From a virus (Duplodnaviria > Caudoviricetes): DNA of 25,543 nt. The notes under the pieces are model-generated. The model was not told the DNA's origin and ran no database searches. It saw only the letters and a program-made list of their open reading frames with translations. The stretch lies in the IMG/VR virus record IMGVR_UViG_3300012943_000056, positions 1-25,543 of that record. One strand, 5' to 3'. Of the stretch, positions 17,722 through 24,213 are shown piece by piece (position 1 is the first letter of the stretch; each line of letters begins with the position of its first letter). The translations under genes and the position numbers were made by a program.

Positions 17722-17800
17722 GGCCCCATACCAGACGAGCCTTCTAATCTCGAGCACTGTAATTGGATCGATGCAGGTTCGAGTCCTGCTGGGGTCGCCA
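17722..17800 (+). tRNA. atypical tRNA-Arg(TCT)-like gene lacking a canonical D arm
   Basis: Acceptor GGCCCCA/TGGGGTC, loop CT-TCT-AA, canonical T arm, GCCA. Confidence 0.65.
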
Positions 17801-17803
17801 AGT

Positions 17804-17890
17804 TTGACTCCTAGTTTAAGGAGAACACACGGGAGTACCCGGCGTCCGACAGGACTTGGTGGTGCGGCGGTCATATCGTCGCGGAGTCAA
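17804..17890 (+). ncRNA. tRNA-like RNA without anticodon loop or CCA
   Basis: Closing stem TTGACTCC/GGAGTCAA; D-like TAGTTTAAGGAGAAC; hairpins CGGG-AGTA-CCCG and GTCC-GACA-GGAC; T-like GCGGC..GTCGC. Confidence 0.5.
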
Positions 17891-18023
17891 TTGAACCTTG
17901 TGGCCCATGAATGCACTTCGCAAGCCACCGCTACGCGTCACGGGTTGATGCGAGGTCTCCGACGCACCAAAGCACGGGGTTCGGGATCTTCCACAAATTC
18001 CTGGCGGAGTGCATCCGCCACCT

Positions 18024-18116
18024 ATGCTGAGGGTCCCACTCACCCGCTCAGAAGAGCTAAGTGGATAAATGCTGAGGGTCCCACTCACCCGCCCAGACAG
18101 GGCTAAGTGGATAAAT
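18024..18116 (+). repeat. tandem 45/46-nt structured repeat (2 copies)
   Basis: ATGCTGAGGGTCCCACTCACCC-GCTC agaa GAGC / GCCC agaca GGGC-TAAGTGGATAA. Confidence 0.9.
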
Positions 18117-18118
18117 TC

Positions 18119-18193
18119 GGGGAATGGGCAGGGCACCCAGGAAATCCTTGCAAGATTTCAGCTTGATCGGTTCGAGTCCGATATTCTCCACCA
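18119..18193 (+). tRNA. tRNA-Ala(TGC), reduced D arm
   Basis: GGGGAAT/ATTCTCC with G3:U70, loop CT-TGC-AA, ACCA. Confidence 0.85.
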
Positions 18194-18202
18194 ACTTGAT
18201 AT

Positions 18203-18280
18203 AGCGGGATCGAACAACGGTAGGTCACTGTCCTCATAAGGCAGACATGGTGTGGTGTTCAATTCCCACTCCCGCTACCA
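18203..18280 (+). tRNA. tRNA with CAT anticodon (Met-type), bulged T stem
   Basis: AGCGGGA/TCCCGCT, CT-CAT-AA, ACCA. Confidence 0.8.
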
Positions 18281-18293
18281 CCTTTTAGTTTAT

Positions 18294-18378
18294 GCCCTCG
18301 TGGTGAAATTGGTAGACACGCCAGCTTGAGGTGCTGGAGCGTAACAGTGTGGAGGTTCGAGTCCTCTCGAGGGCACCA
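18294..18378 (+). tRNA. tRNA-Leu(GAG)
   Basis: CCAGC-TT GAG GT-GCTGG, long V arm, ACCA. Confidence 0.93.
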
Positions 18379-18713
18379 ATTCGAAAGCAAAGGGGTCGTG
18401 ACTCATTGTCCGCAAGGATGAAGAAGCCAGCGATGGTGGAGACACTGAACCCGACGCCCCAACGTTATAAACCTTCGCAGCCGCCGGTGGCCGGGTGCAA
18501 TTGAAGAGACGTTGCGGACGCTACCAAGAACATGACCAGTACGCTGCAGTATAACCTGCTGAAGCCGGGGCTCACTCCGGACGTGGGAATCTGGTCGAAA
18601 GGGTTTACCCGTTCCTATGTGAATACGGGAAGATTACTCCAACGTACGGACCTGCAACATCTTATGATGCCGGCGTTGGGAAGAGAGGAGGTTGCAGTCC
18701 TCTTGAGAGATTC

Positions 18714-18788
18714 GCCCGGTTAGCTCAGCGGTAGAGCGGAATCCTTACACGGTTACGGTCGGGGGTTCGATCCCCTCACTGGGCACCA
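18714..18788 (+). tRNA. tRNA-Val(TAC)
   Basis: Canonical D and T arms, CT-TAC-AC, ACCA. Confidence 0.92.
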
Positions 18789-18791
18789 ATA

Positions 18792-19390
18792 TCTGACTGC
18801 TGTGGTGTACAGCCAAGCTGAAAACCGCCACAGAGGATAAGAGACCCTGCGGGTTGCAAACTGCGCGGTCGACAGTCGGACCAAATAAGAAGCGTCGATC
18901 TTCCTACCCGAAAGGGAGGTGACCCACACAACTCGTGGGTCTGGCAAATGCGGCGCACAATTCGTTTTGCAGTGATGTAGCTTATGGCCGGCGCGTTCTA
19001 AATCGCGTTAAGTGTTGCGTCGGCTCCTTCGATGGAAGATACGCGATTCGCCTGTCACTGCGATTTTAAGCACCATGGCTGTGCTTCGTGGAGTTAGCGG
19101 CCCCATGAAGAAGATGAGGATGGTGCAGCCGCAAGAACCTAACTCAACTCGTACCCGATCAGGGCACCCCATCAGCCGGAAGGCACAACATGTGGCCCGA
19201 GATCAGCCCAGGCATGAATGGGTGGTGCGATAGACGTTGGCTCCGGATGTGGGGTCAGCGCGACGAGAATATAAGCGACACCCCGCCGTGATACCTGCGT
19301 AAGGGATAGCCCGCCCACGGGTGCGAAATAAATGCAAAAGTCGGTAGCTCCGACAGGGACCCTCGCCGTGCGGCGACGAGGATTTCCCGC
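18792..19390 (+). ncRNA. cluster of structured non-coding RNA modules
   Basis: Successive closed domains (18792-18880, 18892-18956, 18969-19061, 19070-19145) separated by A/T-rich linkers; GNRA loops; no credible ORF. Confidence 0.55.
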
Positions 19391-19394
19391 CTTT

Positions 19395-19471
19395 CGGAAT
19401 GTAGCTCAGCCTGGTAGAGCGCTTGCTTCGGGAGCAAGAAGTCGTCGGTTCAATTCCGGCCTTTCCGACCA
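19395..19471 (+). tRNA. tRNA-Pro(CGG)
   Basis: CTTGC-TT CGG GA-GCAAG, ACCA. Confidence 0.93.
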
Positions 19472-19485
19472 AATTCTGTTTCATT

Positions 19486-19562
19486 CGGGGTGTAGCTCAG
19501 CCTGGTAGAGCGCTTGCTTTGGGAGCAAGATGTCGCAAGTTCAATTCCTGTCACCCCGACCA
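19486..19562 (+). tRNA. tRNA-Pro(TGG)
   Basis: CTTGC-TT TGG GA-GCAAG, ACCA. Confidence 0.93.
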
Positions 19563-19736
19563 TTTTGGTTCGCTGCCACCGTAAAAGGCAGCAAAGTTTT
19601 GTTCGGTTGGAGGGTCTGGAAAACTTATCCGACAGAGTAGCAGTCTGATGCAGCCTTACCTTAGTGGGTTCGAGAGATCATCCTAGTTGCATTCCTGATG
19701 GTTAAAAGATGCGCGCTGGCCGAACAGATTCATTTC

Positions 19737-19810
19737 GCGGGTGTAGTTTAATGGTAAAACTCCTGCCTTCCAAGCAGACCTCGAGGGTTCGATTCCCTCT
19801 ACCCGCTCCA
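19737..19810 (+). tRNA. tRNA-Gly(TCC)
   Basis: CT-TCC-AA loop, U73 discriminator, CCA. Confidence 0.93.
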
Positions 19811-19817
19811 ATTTCAT

Positions 19818-19893
19818 GCGGTATTAGTTCAGTTGGTAGAACACAACTTTGCCAAAGTTGAGGTCACCGGTTCGAGCCCGGTATACCGCTCCA
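19818..19893 (+). tRNA. tRNA-Gly(GCC)
   Basis: CAACT-TT GCC AA-AGTTG, TCCA. Confidence 0.93.
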
Positions 19894-20063
19894 TCGCGAC
19901 GTGATTGGCTGGTCACGTAAATCGGCAATTGCCTCCCCTCACCCGGGTACGTATTGCCTTGGCTCCTGGTCGTGCAGGGTTACTGGCACGTGCACCTGGT
20001 ATAGACAGGTTGGGTTAGCGGGATACCCGAGATACAAGCCGCTAGCTATTCAAGAATTGTGGG

Positions 20064-20180
20064 CTCACTCACGCCAGGACAAACGGGCGGTCGTCGTGTT
20101 GTCGTAATAGGGGAACTGGTATACCCATCCTCGCAAGAGGTAGCATGTGCGGGTTCGAGTCCCGTCGACATTGGAGTGAG
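20064..20180 (+). ncRNA. tRNA mimic with a GNRA hairpin replacing the anticodon arm, embedded in a larger stem
   Basis: D-like GGGAACTGGTATACCC; CCTC-GCAA-GAGG; canonical GCGGG-TTCGAGT-CCCGT; TGTCG/CGACA; outer CTCACTC/GAGTGAG; no CCA. Confidence 0.65.
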
Positions 20181-20266
20181 AACGCAGGACGGATGGAAAT
20201 ACGAGCTGTGTCCGCGGTAGCCGGCCACACTGTCCAGCTCTTCCATCCATGCGCTACCGCCTATTC

Positions 20267-20343
20267 GCCCAAGTGATGGAATTGGTATACGTGCCAGCCT
20301 CAAAATCTGGATCCTGTGGGTTCGAGTCCCACCTTGGGCACCA
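20267..20343 (+). tRNA. tRNA-Leu(CAA), short variable loop
   Basis: GCCCAAG/CTTGGGC, CT-CAA-AA, ACCA. Confidence 0.9.
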
Positions 20344-20440
20344 AGACGTTTCGGCAACTGGAAAGGTACGTCGCGCGGAGATGGCGCGGAAGGCACCAGC
20401 CACTCGTGAACCGTTAGCGAGGTCGAGACTGCATTTCATC

Positions 20441-20536
20441 GCTCCTTAGCACGGGTGTGCGGCTGGGCCTTATAGACCCGGGAGAGCTGCCAGATTAGCG
20501 GCAACGGCGAGGGTTCGAGTCCCCGAGGGAGCACCA
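20441..20536 (+). tRNA. atypical tRNA with TAT anticodon (reads AUA), long V arm, tiny D arm
   Basis: GCTCCTT/AGGGAGC, loop CT-TAT-AG, V arm GCTGCC..GGCAAC, bulged T stem, ACCA. Confidence 0.65.
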
Positions 20537-20558
20537 ACAATAACAACAAAGGATACCC

Positions 20559-20768
20559 ATGTCGCCGCAAGACTTCTGCTATTGGCTCCAGGGCGTGCTC
20601 GAGGTTACCAAGCCGGAGCAGCTCGACAAGGAGCAGCTCGCCATGGTTCGCGAGCACCTGGACCTGGTCTTCACCAAGGTCACGTCCGTCCCGAAGGTTG
20701 AACCGGTGATTAGTCGCAGACTCTGCGCCTCCGGCACTGCCTTCGACAGCACCACCAAGATCTGCTGA
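20559..20768 (+). CDS. hypothetical phage protein (69 aa)
   Basis: SD AAGGA; QDFCYWLQG..IREHL-type pattern; strong GC3 codon usage. Confidence 0.85.
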   Translation: MSPQDFCYWLQGVLEVTKPEQLDKEQLAMVREHLDLVFTKVTSVPKVEPVISRRLCASGTAFDSTTKIC

Positions 20769-20779
20769 TCCGACCGGCC

Positions 20780-20787
20780 CATAAATA
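20780..20787 (+). promoter_or_regulatory. late-promoter motif (CATAAATA)
   Basis: Same core, 5 nt before ATG 20793. Confidence 0.5.
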
Positions 20788-20792
20788 CTCTC

Positions 20793-21263
20793 ATGAGGAG
20801 AGTAGTCGGTCTGGTAGCTTCGGTACTTCTCCACCTGATCTTCCTGGTGGCCCTACTCATTCGTCCCGACCTTACCGGCGCCGGCAAGCCAGCGATGGCA
20901 GATCTCGAGGAGAACGTCATCCACATATCCATGATGGGTGACATGATCAAGCCGAAGGAGACTGGCGACGGAGAGTCGACCAATGACGACGAGGACCGCT
21001 GTGCCAATGGCACGAAGAAGTACAACGGCGTCGGGTTCATCTACAGCCGGGAGACCGGCATCATATCCGACGTGCCAGAGACGACGCCGGCCTACAAGGC
21101 CGGCATCCGAGAGTACGACGTCCTCATGAATCCGACCGACGGCGACCTGCCGCCCGGCCCGGCGACGATCGTCATCATGCGCTACGGCGTGTCGATGTCG
21201 TTCGTGATAGAGACGACCAAGATATGCTACGACACCGAGAAGACCGCGGGTCCTAGCGAGTAA
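20793..21263 (+). CDS. membrane-anchored PDZ-domain protein
   Basis: N-terminal TM; YNGVGF..ISDVPETTPAYKAGIREYDVL is a PDZ signature. Confidence 0.75.
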   Translation: MRRVVGLVASVLLHLIFLVALLIRPDLTGAGKPAMADLEENVIHISMMGDMIKPKETGDGESTNDDEDRCANGTKKYNGVGFIYSRETGIISDVPETTPAYKAGIREYDVLMNPTDGDLPPGPATIVIMRYGVSMSFVIETTKICYDTEKTAGPSE

Positions 21264-21418
21264 ATGCGAGGGGTGTTGGACGTTCGTCTACTGATGTAAC
21301 GTGCCTCCGGTTAGTGGCCGAGAGGGCTTCAGCGGCTGCCAACATCTTTGTTCCTGTGGTGGATTCACTATCCTCCGTCGCGCCACATGCATGGAAAATG
21401 CGACACCTATTCCCAAAT

Positions 21419-21501
21419 GCCGGGTTGGCTCAGTGGCGACAGCAGCTGTTTTGTAAGCAGCCATACAAACACCGGGAGTTCGAATCTCTCACTCGGCACC
21501 A
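21419..21501 (+). tRNA. tRNA-Thr(TGT) with 12-nt unpaired variable loop
   Basis: GCTGT-TT TGT AA-GCAGC, ACCA. Confidence 0.88.
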
Positions 21502-21529
21502 GATTTTTTGCAACAGAGAAACATACCAT

Positions 21530-21640
21530 ATGAATATTTTAGTGTACCTTACCTTGGCCATCTTCATTGTCGCACCCGTCCTCATGTTCTACACATGGGG
21601 CAAGCAGGAGCTGCGCACACGGTTCAAGTTGAACATCTGA
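21530..21640 (+). CDS. small single-TM protein (36 aa)
   Basis: MNILVYLTLAIFIVAPVLMFYTWGKQELRTRFKLNI fills the gap between two tRNAs. Confidence 0.55.
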   Translation: MNILVYLTLAIFIVAPVLMFYTWGKQELRTRFKLNI

Positions 21641-21648
21641 TTTTCTTC

Positions 21649-21723
21649 GCGCCCTTAGCTCAGCGGTAGAGCGCTTCCTTGACATGGAATAGGCCGCAGG
21701 TTCGATCCCTGCAGGGCGCACCA
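21649..21723 (+). tRNA. tRNA-Val(GAC)
   Basis: TT-GAC-AT loop, canonical arms, ACCA. Confidence 0.93.
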
Positions 21724-21735
21724 TTTTCGTTTTGT

Positions 21736-21891
21736 GCGGTTGTGGCGCAGTGGATGACGGGCCCGCAATAAGCGGGATGGATCTGCCCGAGAACGGCGTG
21801 AGCCTCGCGATGGTCTGCAGAAACACGCGTGGCGATATCCGACCGGGGTACGGCAGTGTAGGTTGGGTTCGATTCCCAACCGACCGCACCA
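21736..21891 (+). ncRNA. 156-nt tRNA-like RNA with a large structured insert replacing the anticodon arm
   Basis: Acceptor GCGGTTG/CGACCGC plus ACCA; D-like GCGCAGTGGATGACG; T arm GTTGGG-TTCGATT-CCCAAC. Confidence 0.75.
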
Positions 21892-21926
21892 GTTTTGAAG
21901 TGGCGTATAATGGCCACACGATTTGA

Positions 21927-22002
21927 CGCAGAGTAGAGCAGCTGGAAGCTCGTGTGGCTCATAACCACGAGGTCGGGGGTTCAAATCCCTCCTCTGCTAC
22001 CA
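21927..22002 (+). tRNA. tRNA-Met(CAT), probable initiator
   Basis: C1:U72 mismatch, GAGC/GCTC D stem, CT-CAT-AA, ACCA. Confidence 0.88.
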
Positions 22003-22064
22003 TTTTGGCTGTCTAAGAGGGTTCCTTAAAACATTTAACGGCAAATATTACTCTCCGACGCCAT

Positions 22065-22093
22065 TTGACTTCCGACCCCTCGGGTGCTAACGT
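22065..22093 (+). promoter_or_regulatory. possible sigma70-like promoter for tmRNA
   Basis: TTGACT-17 nt-TAACGT. Confidence 0.4.
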
Positions 22094-22099
22094 CCGTTG

Positions 22100-22385
22100 G
22101 GCGGATGATGAGTGTACAATGTTCGACTGAATGAGTTTTGGACGGGGCTCTCAGATGCCCCCACCTCCACCAATTAAGCGCAGTCATTTGCGCGAGTGCG
22201 GGGGTGACAGGATTCGACAGGGCTAGCTAGGAAGAAACGCACTCCGACAGGCGATCGTCGTAAATGAAGCGAAACAAGTAAACGCTGCAAATGACGCAGA
22301 ATTCGAAATGGCCCTCGCGGCCTAATTCGAATGCGGACACCCGGTCCGTATAACCCAACGGTAGGGGGTGGGGCAACCCACCCCT
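22100..22385 (+). ncRNA. ssrA: circularly permuted two-piece tmRNA (outer ends approximate)
   Basis: Acceptor piece GACGGGGC..GCCCC-CACCTCC-A-CCA ends at 22172; coding piece starts GGGGGTGACAGGATTCGAC at 22200 (G3:U70); tag AANDAEFEMALAA* at 22284-22325. Confidence 0.9.
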
Positions 22386-22393
22386 GTCTAAGA

Positions 22394-22422
22394 TTTACTT
22401 GGGTCGGCGCATCGGTTATAAT
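22394..22422 (+). promoter_or_regulatory. sigma70-like promoter
   Basis: TTTACT-17 nt-TATAAT. Confidence 0.7.
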
Positions 22423-22508
22423 GGCACATGGCGCGCGACTTACTCACTGGACGATACTTTAGGCCAGCAGCGAAATCCGGTCATCAGATAACAAAGGACA
22501 ACGACTCA

Positions 22509-23528
22509 ATGTCAATATTCCATGCGGAGACGCGATTCATCCTTCACGATCACGAGGCAGCCGAGTGGCAGCTCAGTCGGAAGAAGGGTTCGTACGTCGC
22601 TCTCTACCTCGAGCTTGAGGACCTCAACAAGTCGTTCGCGTTCCTCTGCGACGCGCTCAAGCTGACGGTGCATGCTGCCCAGGCCGAGTCCAAGTTCAAC
22701 AGCAACGTGTTCGCGTACGACTCCGAGATGATGTTCATCTGCGGCGAGAACAACGTCCTCGAGGGCTGGGTCCACCAGGACCGCGCCGAAGAGGTCAATG
22801 CGATCGTCAGCAAGTTCAAGACGGCCGCGTCGTCTTCCAAGGTCAAGTGGTTCTTCAAGGACCCGTCCGGCCGCATCACGTCGTCCGACCTGAACCTCGA
22901 GGGATCGAACCCGCTCAACGAGTTCTACCCCTGGATGCACCAGGACATCGACTCGTTCGCCAAGGCCTTCCTGAAGTCCAAGGCCAACGTCATGCTGCTG
23001 CTCGGTCCTCCGGGCACCGGCAAGACGAGCTTCATCCGCCGGCTGATCCGCGCGATGAACTTCGAGACCTGGATCACGTACGATCCGGATGTGCAGCAGT
23101 CCGAGTCCTTCTTCATGCGCTTCGCGAAGCCGACGGCGGAAGACCGCTACGGCGACGACAGCGACGACACCAGCCCGCGTCTCCTCGTCATGGAGGACGC
23201 CGACACGATGCTCGAGGCACGCGGCGACGGCAACAAGCTGATGACCCGGATCCTCAACCTGGCGGACGGCCTCGTGTCGCTGCCGGATCGCAAGATCATC
23301 TTCAGCACGAACCTGCCGGGACTGACGAGCATCGACGACGCGCTCCTGCGCCCGGGCCGCTGCTTCGCGGCGATCAGGTTCAGGCACCTGACGAAGGCCG
23401 AGGCGTCCGTAGCCTGCCAGGCGATCGGTCGCGAGTACACCGGCACGTCGGACAAGGTTACGCTGGCCGAGGCCATCAACGGCGACGACCACAATCAATT
23501 AGGGGTGATGAAGATCGGATTCACCTAA
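22509..23528 (+). CDS. AAA+ ATPase (single classic AAA domain)
   Basis: Walker A GPPGTGKT, Walker B LVMEDAD, second region of homology STN..IDDALLRPGR; SD AAGGA favours ATG 22509 over 22428. Confidence 0.9.
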   Translation: MSIFHAETRFILHDHEAAEWQLSRKKGSYVALYLELEDLNKSFAFLCDALKLTVHAAQAESKFNSNVFAYDSEMMFICGENNVLEGWVHQDRAEEVNAIVSKFKTAASSSKVKWFFKDPSGRITSSDLNLEGSNPLNEFYPWMHQDIDSFAKAFLKSKANVMLLLGPPGTGKTSFIRRLIRAMNFETWITYDPDVQQSESFFMRFAKPTAEDRYGDDSDDTSPRLLVMEDADTMLEARGDGNKLMTRILNLADGLVSLPDRKIIFSTNLPGLTSIDDALLRPGRCFAAIRFRHLTKAEASVACQAIGREYTGTSDKVTLAEAINGDDHNQLGVMKIGFT

Positions 23529-23745
23529 GGATGCGACGCGAGTAAAGCCTGGTGCTCCCACGGGAGCTGGCAAGAGATCCAGGACAAGCATGATCCATCT
23601 CGCCGACATGAACAAGTCGTAAATGGTTCCGCGTGGTAGCCGCGTAAGAACTCCCTAATTTTGAATTCCTGTTTGGCCGTGCCTGGATAAAAACTCAAAC
23701 GGCCATGCGTTGACGACGGGCGTACGCCTCGAGACGCATTTACAC

Positions 23746-23820
23746 GGGACCATAGCTCAGTGGTAGAGCAAAGTCTTGATAAGGCTTAGGTCGTAGGTTC
23801 GAGCCCTACTGGTCCCACCA
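23746..23820 (+). tRNA. tRNA-Ile(GAT)
   Basis: AAGTC-TT GAT AA-GGCTT, ACCA. Confidence 0.93.
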
Positions 23821-23956
23821 GATGTGAAGCGCGAAGTACAAGCGCGACGCTAGGCGGCTGTAGTATGACTACGTGAAGGTCGCCGGACGCAGGTAAGGCA
23901 AGTCAACGGAGAATGGGAAGCGTCATCGCTGATACCTCACCGGCCTGCAACTATTC

Positions 23957-24039
23957 GCCCGATTGGTGGAATTGGTAGACACGATGGTTTTAGATGCCAT
24001 TGCGCAAGCGTGAGGGTTCGAGTCCCTCGTCGGGCACCA
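23957..24039 (+). tRNA. tRNA-Leu(TAG)
   Basis: ATGGT-TT TAG AT-GCCAT, V arm, ACCA. Confidence 0.93.
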
Positions 24040-24043
24040 ATGT

Positions 24044-24116
24044 TTTGGCATAGTTTATGAAGGTATAAAACGCGAGGATACCTCGAGAAGTCGGGATCAT
24101 GGTCGCGACTGCCAAA
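24044..24116 (+). ncRNA. tRNA-like RNA with a 3-nt loop in the anticodon position, no CCA
   Basis: TTTGGCA/TGCCAAA; TA-GTTT..AAAC D arm; CGAGG-ATA-CCTCG; GTCG..CGAC T-like arm. Confidence 0.55.
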
Positions 24117-24131
24117 TCAAATTCGATTTTC

Positions 24132-24210
24132 GCCCCTGTGGTCAAACTGGTAAAGGCGCTCGGCTCAGAACTGAGAGATTTTGTGAGTTCGAATCTCACC
24201 TGGGGCACCA
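24132..24210 (+). tRNA. tRNA-Leu(CAG), short variable loop
   Basis: CTCGG-CT CAG AA-CTGAG, ACCA. Confidence 0.9.
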
Positions 24211-24213
24211 AGT

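Noticed and set aside
17736-17752. Amber suppressor (CTA) reading of the 17722 tRNA
   Set aside because: The CGAG/CTCG stem centres the loop on TCT; the CTA register gives no stem
18024-18116. CRISPR array, TPP riboswitch or twister ribozyme
   Set aside because: Only two abutting copies with no spacers; GCTGAG, GGATAAATGC and GAGGG give superficial matches but the core elements are absent
18119-18193. tRNA-Cys(GCA) call
   Set aside because: The loop register gives TGC, and G3:U70 with A73 indicates Ala
18418-18437. GATGAAGAAGCCAGCGA resembling the 5.8S/23S 5' region; similar short match CGTGATACCTGCGTAAG near 19287
   Set aside because: Short matches without supporting helices; could be chance
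19170-19190. SRP RNA domain IV (CAGCCGGAAGGCA)
   Set aside because: Lacks the CAGG/AGCA symmetric loop and the long hairpin
17327-20449. Short ORFs across the tRNA array in the ORF track
   Set aside because: They overlap tRNAs or structured RNA, lack SD sequences and lack phage codon bias
22005-22063. preQ1 riboswitch-like AGAGGGTTC
   Set aside because: No matching P1 stem with A-rich tail and no downstream CDS
23605-23645. 16S decoding-site mimic (AAGTCGTAA..GGTAGCCG)
   Set aside because: The partner h44 strand is absent and GTCG pairs locally with CGAC; evidence is too weak
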